Shown one piece after another: positions 37,501-50,100 of a stretch of DNA of 64,000 nucleotides (position 1 is the first letter of the stretch; each line of letters begins with the position of its first letter). Origin of the DNA: Raillietiella orientalis (Eukaryota). Position numbers and translations under genes: made by a program. The DNA is taken from the NCBI GenBank assembly GCA_036172245.1, contig JAYWIR010000018.1:868001-932000 (forward strand). Reading direction: 5' to 3'. Under the pieces are notes generated by a model, which was not told the origin of the DNA, did not search any database, and saw only the letters and a program-made list of their open reading frames with translations.

Positions 37501-39200
37501 CTCTCCGGGACGAAGAGTCTTCCTCCTCACCCACCCCACACAGCCTGCGGCGGAGCGACCCGTATGCGCCATCGTCTGTCTCCAGGCGGCGCTCTCGGAG
37601 GCGCCCCGGAACGGGCTGGAGAGCCGACAACACGGAACAGCGGAGAGAGTGGTTGGTGTACCCCACCCACGCTGCTTTTCTGGACGTGGCCATCATCTTC
37701 GGCTCCCTTTCGTGTCCTCGCAACAAGCGGCCCCAGAAATCGCCTTAGGAGAAGCGCCGACCCGCAAGGAAGGGCGTTAAAGAGGAAGCTGCGAGCCCCG
37801 TTGTGCTTGGGTCGCGTTGCTCTTGCAGATGCGAAGATGTCAGGTCGGACGGATCTGACCCGCGGAGGTGGGGAAAGGAAGAGAGAGGGAGCGAAACGCA
37901 CGCACCGTGAGAGACGCACCGCTTTACCACCGGAAATGCTCTGGAAGACGCCGAAGACGATCTCAGCACCACACCTCCTTCCACTCCCTCCCACATGGCG
38001 GTCACGCGTGTGGGAGGGAGCGTGGCCGCCGTGGGAGCTCGGGGATCCGACTCTTTGGAAACGTGGTCGGGTGGTCTGGGTATCTTCCTGCACAGACGAC
38101 CACGGCGCGCGTGTCTGGAAATGCCGTCGAACCTCCGGTCTCTCCGTGAGGGGGTCACAGCCACACACTTCCCTACTCGCTTCCGCTTCCACGTGGTCCG
38201 GCAGGGGTGTTCCTAAGAGGGGACTTCGGGAGGAGATTCTCACGGGACCCACGATCCTGGTAGAGGAGGAGCACGGAGGACCGCAACTTCTCGCACGACC
38301 TCGCGATCTCCGCAGGCTCCGAATGAATACGTCCAGGTTCACTCTAGTAGAAGGTAGGAGGGGGGAGAGAAAGAGGATGGGAGAGATCTCACTCAATCAG
38401 AAGTGCAGATTCTCGGGTTGCCGTGGGGTGATTTCCCAGTCACGAGCCGGCCCTTACGCACTCTCTCTCCCGTGGACCTCGAACCCACCCGAAAGGAGGC
38501 GGATAGGTCCAAAATCCGGTAAACAGATCGAAGGGCTTTCCAAAGCCACCTTTCCATGCGCCCTCGGGAGTGGCGCCCGCGCGGAAGGCGAGCTCACTGG
38601 GACAGGTCAGAGATCAGACCGCGAGAAGGACCAAGCAGGGCGTGCTTCGGAGACATGCCCCGCTTTAGGGTACGAACCCAGCGCCGGAGGCAGTATCGGG
38701 AGCACGCCCCACACACCAGAAATGTCCTCAAAGCCATGCGACCGCAGGGTGGTGTTGCGGGGGTGAGCACTCCGCGATGTAGAAGGTCGTCCACGTGAAG
38801 CATAGTTGACCATCCTTTGCGGAGACCAGATTGTGGTCAGAAACGCCGGGTCGAATCTCGCACTTTGCAAGGCTTTTCTGGTGCTACAAAAAAAAAAAAA
38901 AAACTTCCGGTGCATTTGTGGGAGAAGGGTGGGAAGGGCCTGATGAAGACCGAAGAGACGGGAGAGGCACGACAGGCAGGAGTCCGTCTCCCTGGAGACC
39001 CGGTTCCGCCAGGTAACCGGCGGGCAGAAAAGAAGAACCGACGGGGCGTTTAGTAAGAAGGCGGAACAGGGTCACAAGACCAAAGGCAGGTCCGGCTGCG
39101 GGTAGGGGTTAAGGAGGCTCCCCTTCAGTGGCGAAGTGCAGCCAAGGGGCAAGTGCCAGGGGTCACCACGGAGAAAGGGATGGAAATTCCGCTCGACCAG
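34587..39200 (-). mobile_element. Fragmented L1/Tx1-like element, with nested unrelated pieces
   Basis: Knuckle-like FLRGDPWHL..C ~39160; SDHNLV (APE end) ~38835; VVWEG..LEGG ~37030; ARCGERESFPHLLVDCAAL ~34770; 34587-34700 matches 32766-32870. Confidence 0.5.
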
Positions 39201-41299
39201 CCACCGACTAAGGACGTGAGCAAAGGAGAAAGAAGGAGACCTCCCTCGAGAAGGAGCGCCTCAACCGAAGAAGGAGACGTAGGAGAGCGAATGCGCCTGG
39301 AACCAGTAGGCACCAAAAGCGTCTCCCTGGCTCACGCCGTTGACGGCGGAAATAGGACAAGATGCAATCCGTTGCCGCGGCAGAGCAGGGGTGGTTCGCC
39401 GCTGGAGGGCACTACCGCACTCGCCACACCGTGGAGAGCAACGCGGTCGCGCGCTCAACGACCTGGCTCAGGGCTCGCCATGGAACATCGGTTCCTCTGC
39501 AGTTCCCCGAAGGAATTCCAAGGTCGAGGTTCTCCCGATGGGCCCCTCCTTCCTCTTCCTTGGTCATCTCGCAAGTCGCTCGCGAAGCGACCCGACCTAC
39601 GCCGAGACGAACAATGCCAGCGCGCCCCACCAGGCAGCAACCCCGAGCAACGTGTCCGTCGCTCTGCTATGGCAAACCTTTCGCACGCTCTTAGGAAGTG
39701 TTCCAGATCTCGCAGCGGGGCTGCAAGAGAGCATGGAGGCACCCTGCAGCGATGCCCCCAGGGAGAGCCAGTCTCCTCCTTCACACCGGCCACAACGTCC
39801 ACGTGCGGACAGCGTCGAAAGCGTCCAAGAAGGGCGGGTCCGCCGTCTTCCGAGGGTGGTGTTCCCGCCTCTGCCCCAGACGTAAGTTCCAAACCCAAAG
39901 GCGAGGAAAGAGGAGACCTCTGGACCGCTCACGAAAGACTGGCAAGCAAATCTGCGACCTCATCCCCCTTCCCTACGTGCCTTTCCGCTCCCTTCGGAGG
40001 GTGCATGCCCTGGAGCACGCGCGCTACCCCCACCACCAAACCGCCCTACTTATTTCCGTCTTCACTCATTATCCTCGGCGCCCCTGCCTCGAGTTGACTC
40101 TCCCCAGTGCGTTCCCAACCCCTCCCTTTCGGGTGCGGGCGTCTGACTCGTCCGCGTTGCTGCCACTCCCATTTTGCTTCCTTCTTGCTTTCCTTTAGCA
40201 GGGCGGCCCAGGGCGCAGACAAGAGGGGGTTCATTTCTTATTCGCGGGAAACGGCTGGTCAAGCGGGAGCCACGTGCCTTCCGAGAGTAAAAACGACGTC
40301 ATCGGCGGCCCGGAGCTCCGGCCCCGGGTGGGTGGGAAGACCGCACAGCTCCACACGGCTTCCGCCTCGGACTTTCCCTCCTGGGAGCGCACGGCCATCC
40401 AAGCCCGCTGGTGGGCAGCGGACACTCCCCACCATCAGAAGGCACGCCGCAGCCTCAGGATCGCACTCCGATCGAACTCTTCGCCTCTCCGCTCGAGGGA
40501 CGGAAGACTTCCGAGTTGGCGGTGGAAGGCAGCAGATGCTTCGGGACGCGCGCCTGCGGCCTGGAGAAAGCGAGCGGAACGGGAAGGAAGCAAGAGGAAG
40601 CGGAAGCAGCGTCTCCTGGGTAAAGAAAGGTAAGAAGAAGACGTCGCGGCTGCGGAAGAAGGGAACCGCCGCTGACTCTCGCGCACGAACAATCGACGCT
40701 GCTCCTTCGGGAAGCTTCCACCCCCTCACCCATGCCTTTACCCGTTTCCCGCTACCTCCGTTGGCCCCACAAAAAACGGCTTCGCAACCATGGTATCGCG
40801 TTAGCTGACGCAAAACGGTTCTTGGCTCGACGGCAGCCTCTCCCAGACGCCTTCCAGGCAGGCGCAACGATGCGGCCTCCGCCGTGACCTGCTGACCCCG
40901 CCGTTCTCAAGACCTGCTCCTCCGAGAGCGTGGTCGCAGTTTCGTTCGGGGTCGGTGCCATGGAAAAGATGCCTCCGGTTTCTCTTCCCGCCCACTTAGC
41001 GGTCCTAGGTCGGAGCTCTCCGCCGCGGGCTCAGGAATCCTTCCTCGGTTAGAGGTGGGGTTCGAACCCGCGTGCTCGATACACGGAAGGTGCAACGCGG
41101 GGCGCACCTCATCTCGTGGGCCGGCACCCGCGCGCTCTGCTCGACGACGGCCGCTGCTGGGATGCCTCTCTGCCCCTCCCCCGATCTGCTTCTTGCACTC
41201 GGGGCGCACAGCGGGCGTACCGCGCCGCGCTTCCCCGCCTCGCTCGCCATCCGCTCTGGCCCCGCCCGAGGGAGCCACAGCGCACCTCTCGGACGCGCC

Positions 41300-41600
41300 C
41301 CGAGTCCCAGGGCACTTCGCTGCGATGCGATCGGGAAGTCGGGAGCCACGGTCCCTCTGGGCATACGACCGACCCGCAGGCGGTCCTACGTTCCACGAGC
41401 GGCTGGACTCGCGCCCTCGACTCCAGGCAGCCCTGCGGAGAATCAACATCGCCCCGGGAACCGGTCGGCGCTCTCCTCGCGACGTCGCGATTTTCTCTCT
41501 CCATCGACCGGCATCCCTCCAGGCCAGGAGTGCCCTTTCCAATCTCGGGGGAAGGGGGCCGAGAGCATCGGCAGCTTCCCATCTTCCCGAGCAGCTTCGA
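41300..41600 (+). mobile_element. R2-like thumb remnant
   Basis: LQAALRRINIAP..RDVAIF..RP (L..L.RI..APL.P.Q+..IL-like). Confidence 0.35.
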
Positions 41601-42299
41601 GCGCCTTCCCTCGTGAGCTCCCGCGGAAACCGCTCGAACTGCTCCTCCTTCCTTCCCTCGCGGGAATCCGGGTCTCCCCTTCCCCTCAGCCACGCCTTCC
41701 CCCTTTTCCGCAAAGCGCGACTCCTCTACGAGCCGCGGGTGGTCAGGGAGAGGCGCAGACAGCCTTCACGGTGGCTCTGCCACGCCACACCACGCCACCC
41801 CCTCCTCCGCCACTCCTCGCCTCGACCCGCCTTCCCGCTGCATCATCAGCTCGTCGGGTTCACCCGCCGCGCCCTCTCTCCCTTCCTCGCGCACCGGCGG
41901 CAGATGCCGGCAGCCGCCGGCAGCCCTAAGGCGCCAACGCGGCGCGGAGAGCGGCACGGGACCGGGAGAGGGCCGTCGCCCCTCCTCGTGAGCGTGTCGG
42001 CGGAAGCGAATCGATTTCGGGAACAATCGGGAGGGCTTGCAGCAGCTGCGCGGGACGAGGGCGCTTGTCCCCCCTCCTCTCCTTTTTCCCGCCCGATCGG
42101 AGCAGCCCCGCGCGGGGAGCGCAGGAAACGCCGCGCTGCCAGCATCGCGGGTCTTCCCTTTTCATTTTCCCTCCTATTCTCTCTTTTCCCCCTTTGCCCG
42201 CCCATGCCCTCTCGAAGACCTCTCCCCCTCCGGAAAGGCAGACGACTACTGAAGATGGGATGGAAGGGGGTGGGGGGTGGAAGGAGGCTCCCGGCCTTC

Positions 42300-42660
42300 G
42301 CCTGCTGCTGCTGAAGGCCTCCTCCGTTTGCTCCGCTCGGCGGAAGTCCACCGCATTGCTGAGCTTGCGGTTGCTGCGCACCTGCGTGGTCGGCAGGGTG
42401 CAGACGACCCGCTCCTCCCATCGCGGACCCGACGGCGCCCGCCCGCTCGCGCCTGCAGCTGTGTCCCGGTTAACGCGTTCGGCATCTCGTCGCCCGCGGT
42501 TGCTTGCTCGACCGCGTACTTGGGCGCATCGAGGGAGCCATCGTCGAGTCGGGGTCATCCTCGTCCACCTTCTTCGCAACCGGTGCTGTCGGCGTTCTTT
42601 CCGCAGCAGCACCTCCGTGTGGGTCGATCGAAGGGTTTCGCCTGGGCGCGTTTTGCCTCC
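42300..42660 (-). mobile_element. R2-like REL endonuclease remnant
   Basis: ERVVCTLPTTQVRSNRKLSNA resembles R2 ..D.QVVS..L..A; upstream PSTR..RAT is CP.T..RH-like. Confidence 0.35.
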
Positions 42661-42949
42661 ACCCAACGGTATCCCGGCTTTGCTCTTCCTTCATTGCTCT
42701 TTTCCGGCGTCCCCGTCGCCGCGCGCGCCCTCGCGGGTTCTTCCGCAGAGGGATGGTGGATGGCGAGCACCGCGTTCCTCGTCGCTAAGCAAGCCGGGCG
42801 AAGGAACCGCTTCCATTCCGAGGCCGCCGCGTCTTCGTAAAGGTTTCCGAATCCCCGTCCCCGTCAGTTCGTTCCTTCCCTTTCCAGGAGACTTCCTCCA
42901 CCCACAGCCTTCGTCCCCTGTGCCAGCCGCTGGCTCATCGCTTTGAAGT

Positions 42950-43400
42950 TCGCCTTCATCCTGTGTTCGAAACGGGATGTTTTCTCGGATGCTTCCCTGC
43001 TGATGCCTCGGACAGAAGCGGCTCCATCTTTGTACCTCCCGTGGGCGACTGGGGCGCGCTTCCGAGCACACGGCGTCGTCTCCAAATTCCCTCTCCCGCC
43101 CGGGAAGGTCGACCTCGGGCAGTCTTCTTCAGAGCTACCATCCTTCGGGTGACCTGCGCGCTTTTCCATCAGGCACTTGTGCCGTCACGGCCGGCAGCTC
43201 CCACCTCCGTTCCCCGGGGCGATTGCTACCCGTCGCCTGCTCCGTGGAGAGCTTCGCGGCAGCGTAGGAAGCAGCAAGAAGCTTCCCTCCGGGACCCGAA
43301 GCTGCTGGTGGAGGCTGCGGGTCAAGCAGCTACGACTGCTGGCGGAACCTGCCGTCGTTCCCTGACACAGCCTTTGCTGTTCCCGTCACGCCAGCCGGAT
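42950..43400 (+). mobile_element. R2-like thumb remnant
   Basis: LYLPW, SKFPLPPGKV and LRGSVGSSKKLPSGT in the R2 order YLG / APL.P.Q / IR..V+.WL.LP. Confidence 0.35.
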
Positions 43401-44399
43401 CTTCGCTGGCTCGTGGGTTCGTTCGGTTGCAACGGGAGTGAACCGATTGAACTTCGGGTTGCCCGTTGACCTGGGACGGGAAGGTCGCACGTCCGGGACT
43501 GGCAGCCCCCCCCTCTCCCCGGCGCCATTCGCTTGCGGACAACATTCGCCCGCGTCGCTTCTTCCGGAGCTTTCTTGATTCAGGAAGGGGGGAGGGGAAG
43601 ACCCTCAGTGTGCCAGGTGCAGACGAGCCGGCTCTCTCCCGCACCCACTCGCGAACTGTGCTCCTCTTTGGTCCCTCTGCACCCGGGGAACCGTCCCTGT
43701 GGCGTCAACAAGCGCCCCTTCTTGCGGGATGCCCGCCTGCTGCCGCGTTGGCAGCCGCTGTTGGGGCTTCGACCGGCCCTAGAAAACGGGCAGGACCACT
43801 GGCACGCCTACCTCTCCGCCATCGTCGCGGAGACGATGGACACCCAAGGGGAAAATGGCGTCACCCTTCCCAGGGATGCGGAGCGGTGGAGGAGAGGGAC
43901 AGAGGGAGATGCCTTCCTCGCGAGCTCCTTTCGTCTTCACTCTCAAATCTCTGATGATTCCGATTCCTCCGCGAAATTCTTTCCCTCTGCTTCCCTTCGT
44001 TCCCCAGGAGTTCCTGCCTGCGGACGCGTTCCCCCTGCACACAGGACGAGGAAGAACCTGCCGCTGTTCTCTGCCCGCTGCATTCCTATCGCCGCAGGGC
44101 GACAGGAAGAAAGCCCTGGATTTTCGGATCGGCCGCCATGCCGCAGGCGAGCGCTGGTGCTGCGCCCTCAAACCGGCTTGCCTTCTCGCGGATGGCGCTG
44201 TGATTCGCGATCACGCAAGTCGAGCGGCCTCGGGTGCTGCGCAGCCGCGGGGGGCCACCACGGCGGTGGAGGCGACTCGCCACGAAGCACGCGAACTGGA
44301 GAACCCCCTGAATGCCCGAGGCGCCGCACGCTTCCCACGAGCGCGGAGGCTGCAGCCGATGCTGTCCGGGACGCAACCGCAGCTCGGAGACCACGGAGA

Positions 44400-44700
44400 A
44401 TCGCCGCGGTGGGAGGCGAGTCCTGGCGTACAGGGGACTCCTCGAGGGGACTCGCGGCGTTTGTTTCCTCGCGTCTCCGCCGCACCCCCATCGATCAACG
44501 ATGCTCTCCGAGTGTCGTAGCTCTCTTTGCAGGCGGCGGTTGCCAGGAGGAGGTGCACCGGGCGTCCCTGGGTGGTGCAAGCGGGCATCCTCTGTTGGGC
44601 CGCAGCAGCAGACTGCAAGCCGCGTCTCCCGTCCTCTGAGACCTCCGTCGCGGGGTGCGCATCGCGCGCTGCGCACGGCACCGAAAGGCGAGCGAGAGGG
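44400..44700 (+). mobile_element. R2-like RT domain 2-3 remnant
   Basis: AAFVSSRLRRTPIDQR..FAGGGCQE (..RL..Q.GF..GC.E-like). Confidence 0.35.
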
Positions 44701-45599
44701 GCGCATCGGTCCATCTTTCGACGGTTCTCCCCACCGTGGGCCCACGGCACCTGCGAGTCGCGGAGACCTCCTGCGGCGCGCACTTTCCTGCGGGCAGAGG
44801 GCAGCAGCGACGCGGAGGTGCGAACGGGTGGCGAGTCCCGGCGCCCACTCCATGGCGACGGGCGGTCCCTCGCTCTTCTTTCGTGGGTCGCATGGCTTCC
44901 CGCGGAAAGGGGGTGCCAAATGAAGGCTTGAAAGTGAAGGCTCCCGAGACGCGATCGTGGAGAGTCCTTTCTTTCCCCCCTCTTCTGCTGCCCGTTGGCG
45001 CGGGCTGCGTAGTTTGCCGACGTCAGGCATCGCTCGCCCGTCGGCGCCCGTCTCGCTCGGGGAGTCATGGAAATGCGCCTTCCCTCCCGTGCGGGATGCG
45101 AGCTTCCTCCTGCGCACGAGCGTGCGTTCGCAGGGAGGCAGGGTGCGAGGTCTCGCTGCGCGCTCGCGAGAGGTAAGCGGCAGCGTGCACGGACAGCGCC
45201 AAGCAAACAGGCAGCGTGGCAATGGGGGGAGGGAAGAAAGGAACCGGAAGAGAGGGAGATGGAGGAGAAGGAGGAGGAGGAAGCGCTTGGCTCCCCGCGC
45301 GCCGAGGAGAAGACGTCGAAGGACTCTGCAGGCGACAAAAGCCCTTCTCGCGCCCTCCGCGGGGTGGCCTCTTTCCAGAGGGAGCGGCGCACAATGGGCA
45401 ATGGGCGGCCCGTGAAGGAGCGCTTCCTCCCCCCGTCACTTCCTTTCTTCTCCCCGCCGCGGCCGTTCCTCCCTTCCCAGCGATGTCAATGGCGACGGAG
45501 GTGCAGCCCGAGCTCGCGGCAGGATAGGGCCACGAAGGGTGGGCAGGGTAGGAATGAATCACCGCGTTGAAAGCGCGCCAACAGGACATGGAGGCGGGG

Positions 45600-47270
45600 G
45601 GAAGCCTCATCTCGAGTGGGATTGGGGACAGGGCGGATGTGTGCGCGTGGGAAAATGAAAGCGCTCAGAAGAGAGTTGGTGGCGCGGCTGCTGCACGTCG
45701 TGCGCCCCGGGCCGTTCCATCGATGCGATGGCAGACGAGGCGCCACGCCAGCACGGGGTTGCTGCCTTCGGGTGTCCCTCGGTCGCGACCGTCGGCAGGG
45801 GGGGAGGGGATGGTTGCCACTTTGTTGCTCCTGCGTCGCTGCGGACGCGTTCTGGGGACCAGGGGCAGACATGCGGAGGCGGGTCAGGGAACGGCCTACG
45901 TGCCGAGGTAAGGCGGGATTCGAAGGCCAGGCTTTCCGCAGCGTTTCCAGACGAGGGTGTGCCTCCTTTGTTCGAAGAGTCGAGGAGAGGGTTCGTTGGG
46001 GCGCGCGAAACCGCGCCATGGACGGACGACCGCGCCCCGCCAAGTGCGACCGCACGTTCGCACCTGCCGGTTCTGCGAAGGCTCCGGAAGCGAGTGCCAG
46101 GCGGGTCCGTTCCACGCGACCCGCGATGCAGCTCCCTTGCGAACGGGAGTTCCGTCGGGAAACGGAGGAAAATTCCCGGCATATTCCTGCCTCTTTCTCC
46201 CCGTGAACTTCCGCCGCCGAGGCCTTCAAGATGCGTTTGCACTGTCGTCGGCTTTTCCGCTGAAGAACGCGGACAAAGGTGCCCTGATGAGGGACAGCAG
46301 CCGGACGCGGGTCGAGCGGAGATCCTTCCGTTCTTCTGCAGTCCCTCTTTTTCCACTCTTCCTGCGATTGGTTTAGAAGGCCTCCTCTCCCGGTCGGCGA
46401 CCCTTGCGAACTCACATCCCGGGGGTTTCGTTTCCGGTGTCCTCCGTTCGGTTCTATCAATTCGGCTCTTCCCTCACCGACTCTTCGCCGCCTCCCGGGT
46501 CAGCAGGCATCTTCCCAGGGATCCGACTGCTGCTGTACCTTCCTGGAGGTCTCTGCTCGGCATGCGCGGGTCGCTAGGAGCGAACTGGAGTCCAGGACCT
46601 CGTTGCCAGTTTCTTCTCGCATCCTCCGACCTGCCACCTTCCTGCACTGGAGGTGTGCGCTCGCCAGAGTGGAAGACGTCCACCACGACCGTCGTCCCGG
46701 TCGTCCCCTCGAGCTGCTCGCCCGGTTCGGCTGGTGCGATGAGTTCCAGGAATGCCCTGGTGGGCGGTGCGGCGGTTTCTGGTGTTCCTTCTCTATCGGA
46801 GTCACCCCGCAACCGCGATCATCGTCTGGCTGTTGACGAACCCGTGGGGGATGCAGCCTGGCGTCACCTGTGCGCCTCCCGCACCTTCTTCCCAGGCCGC
46901 CAGCAGCGTCTCCGGCGGGCACCGCCCGAGCGCAGGAGTAGGACCTGAAACGTGCGCGTAGGAACGCACCGCGGTTTGCGCGCGGGGATTCTCCAGGCAC
47001 CACCCGCGAGCCAGGGGAGTCCCCTGTCGGATTCGGAGTGCTTGCCGATCCCCAAGAGTCCGCCGGTCGTAGAAAAGGAGAGAAGGTTAGCACTCCCCTT
47101 GACAAGGGTAGAAAAGTAGAAAAAGAGTCCGCTGGGAGATCGTCCAACCCGAAATTCCCTGCGTCGGCAGCCAGGGCGCCCTCCCGCAGGCTCGACTCAC
47201 CCTGTGAGCATCGACGCCGCTCTGGACGCGTGCTGGGTTTGGTGAGCTCCGCGATAGGGCGCTGGGAGGA
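45600..47270 (-). mobile_element. Non-LTR RT remnant, homologous to 33100-34470
   Basis: Nucleotide homology as above; VQEGGRSEDARRNWQR (K.G..D..N.RP-like) and VPHQG. Confidence 0.4.
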
Positions 47271-47599
47271 CTGCGGGCTTCGGACGTGGGGCACCCTCAC
47301 GTCCGGACGGGCTGCTGACTTGGACAGTCAGGAATCAGGGGGGATTCTCTTGGGTGTGCTCGCTTTCCTCGCTTCAGCAACGCATCGGCAGCGTTGCAGT
47401 GGGGAAAAAAAGCCTTTCCAGCCTCCTGTGACGGCGCTGTTGGGTGTCCCTCCGTGGGATAGAAGGGCGCATCTGGAGTTCCTGGCAGTCCAAACAAACA
47501 AAACCGAAAACAAAGAAAAACATGAAAGGACACCCAATGGACTCGTAAGGTAGCCAAAGGGAGTCAGCACTCCATCATCGCTACGCCAGCAGTGACGAC

Positions 47600-48260
47600 G
47601 TCTCCTTGCGAGGTCGCTAGCATCAATAAAACGAACAAACTTCGACTTCTTTACCGTCGTCGAGTAGTGCTTTAGGAACGCCTTCCCTACAGATGGATCC
47701 CCATCCCTTGCTAGAGAGATCGTTTAGAAGCTGTAGCATGAAAACTACAGCGACTCGAGAAATTCCGGACGCCGTTCACTGTCTGGAACTTCAGGTAGGT
47801 CGAACGACTTTGCTGTGTCCACGGAAATGCCGACTGCCTTGCCCAGGGCTCTTCGTGGAACCCTGTGAAACGGCTGGATGGAGCTGCGGATGACAAGGAA
47901 AGGAAATGGATTGCAGAGCTGGAAACCAGAGGAAATCGTACAGTGGCCCGGTGATCAAACGGAAGCATCGCGCTCGAGTGAATGAGGCAGAAGCAACGAA
48001 CGGTCTGGAACAAAAGAGCAAGAAGAGCACCATCGGCCTCCCCGAGCGTTACGCCTGGACTGCACCACGACGGACGCATCCACTGCAGCCAAGTGCCGTC
48101 CACACGGAAATCCAGCTGAACCACCTTCGTCCGGGGCATTTTCGTTGCCAGACGACGACGCGGGTTAACCACCGAGTCGGTTTCACGGCAACCGCGTTTC
48201 GGCAGCTGCGAGGTACATTCTGACCTGACCGGAGGACAGCTTTCTGGGATCAGGACGCCG
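47600..48260 (+). mobile_element. RNase H-containing non-LTR (I/Loa/Tad-like) 3' remnant
   Basis: FFT..SAL (IFTDS.SAL-like) ~47650, CPGL..ETAG (PGH..NE.AD-like) ~47840, TEIQLNHLRPGH..HRVG (L.RLRTGH..R.G). Confidence 0.5.
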
Positions 48261-48499
48261 CTCACTCACTCTCGCACCAAGCGACCAAAGAGAACCAACC
48301 ATCAGTGGCTGCAGACGACGAGGGTGGCGAGACTCCGCTTCGGATCGGGAAGAAACGCGAGGAAGAGCAACAGAGCAACCCGAGGATGCATGCATGCCGT
48401 TCATCCCGAACTGCAGAAGCGGAACCGCCCCCGAAGACGACGGCCAGACCCCACTTCAAGTAGATCCGCCCGCTACTTTTCCGGGCAGGAGGTCGCATA

Positions 48500-50100
48500 C
48501 GAGAGGCAACCGGCAGGTGGACAGGAGTCTCCCCGTTACTGCGGTCGAGATGAGCGATCCCGTTCCTCGGCACGAACGCGGTCGGCGCAGCTGAAGGCGT
48601 CGCTGCCGAGACTAACCAGAGGTCGCATCGCGCAGGAAAGACGCTGCCTCCGAGCTTGAAACGGTGGGCTCCTCGAGGCTCCAGCTGCCAGCAGCCGGCC
48701 GCTTGCCGGTGCTCCGGAATGCGCGAATCTCCCCTGCAGCGCAACGATCTTGCCGTTCCAGGCGCTCGTCTCCGCCCAGCGCGCTCGCAGCGGTCCGACT
48801 GCTTCCCGGCGGCGAAGACACGGATCCGCTCAGGGTCCCCTAGCAAAGTACGGAAGAGGGCGTTCCGCGTACAGATGATGGCCTCGAAACGGCTGGTCCT
48901 TCGACGCTGCTGGAAGCTGCATTGGAGAAAAAAAGTCCGCTCCGTCGTCGACTTGGCCTGCGGCGTGCAGTGCAGGTGAAGAGGAGCATCCGACGTGACC
49001 CCGCTTCGCGCGGCAATCCCGCACCAGCAGCTGAAGAGACATCTGCCCGCATCCACGATCACGCGGAAGCTCATCGGCAGATGCAGAAGAGCAGAACCTC
49101 CGCCGGAGCGATGAGCGACCCGTCGCAAAACAGCAACTTGCCGGACGAGGGAACGAGTTGCCGGCACCTTGGAGACGCCACGTGCGATGCTTCGCCGTCG
49201 GTGCCTCAGTTCCGCCTCGGCAAAGAAAGCACCCAAGGCGCTCCTCTATGCCGCATGCCATGCAGCACCCATCGCGACACCCAGGGACAAAGCATCGGGT
49301 CTTCTCGCGAAGCTCTCCAGCGCCAACGCTTCCGTGGATTGGCGGTGGAGGGCGAGTCCTTCCGAGCCGGAAACAGAGGCGGACGCCAGCCGCTTCCAGC
49401 TGGTGGAGACGAGCACGAGAAGGGAGGGTCCGTCCGTCCGGGAGGAATTCCTCCCTCTCCAGCCCGGCAAAAAGGGACGCCACGAGGAGCAGCAGACCTC
49501 GTCCACCCCGTTCGCCACTTGGCGCGGTCGATCCGGGGGGAGGTGGTTCTTCCCGTCTTGCGATCCTCAGACGTAGCAAGGCTAGCCACCGACGCCGTCC
49601 TCGCCCCGTCGACGGTTCCGTTCCCCCCCCCCCCTCCCCCACGCATCCGGACCTGGACCTACCTCCAGGCCGCATGGGTTGGGTCCGCCGCGACCGCCTA
49701 ACATCTCCCGCTCAGGTCCAGAACTGCGAGTGACGGAGCGTGCCGGAAGGTTTCCGTGGCGGTCGCGCCTTAGCAACCCGCTTCCATGCTCCTGGAGAGC
49801 AGCCTCCAACGGACGGGCACCCTCCCACACAGGCTGGAAGCTTCTCGTTGGCACTGACGGTGATCCGGAGCAGCCCTGGGGCTCCCGTCGATTCGTTGGA
49901 CCCGTTGGCGCTGCAGCCAGCTCTCGGAACACCCGAATTGCCGCAGGCGGGGATTTGGGATCTCCCGCGACTGGACGCGCCGAGGACTGCTCACGCCGTG
50001 CCCACGCGGAGGCAGTGCTCCCGCGCACGCTCGGCTCCCGGCCATCCGCCGTCGTCGTCTTCGTCGTCCCGGTGCTGGGATCTGCGGATTTGCGGAACGC
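48500..50100 (+). mobile_element. R2-like element remnant (RT, thumb, CCHC)
   Basis: LQRNDLAV (ADDL-like) ~48740, PRAMLRRR..KAPKALLYAA (thumb) ~49180-49260, WGSRRFVG..NTR..HAEAVLPRTLGSR (HILQ.CPRTHG.R-like) ~49880-50040. Confidence 0.6.

Noticed and set aside
37024..38766. 580-aa ORF, and similar long ORFs at 41055, 43533, 45728, 49740, 54830 and 61078
   Set aside because: R/S/P/G/A-rich with no coherent domain, as expected from stop-poor GC-rich DNA; where motifs exist they are short TE remnants that switch frame.
38940..46300. Other CTGATGA hammerhead-like heptamers (~38940, ~43951, ~46284)
   Set aside because: No paired stem II followed by GAAA and a GUH site.
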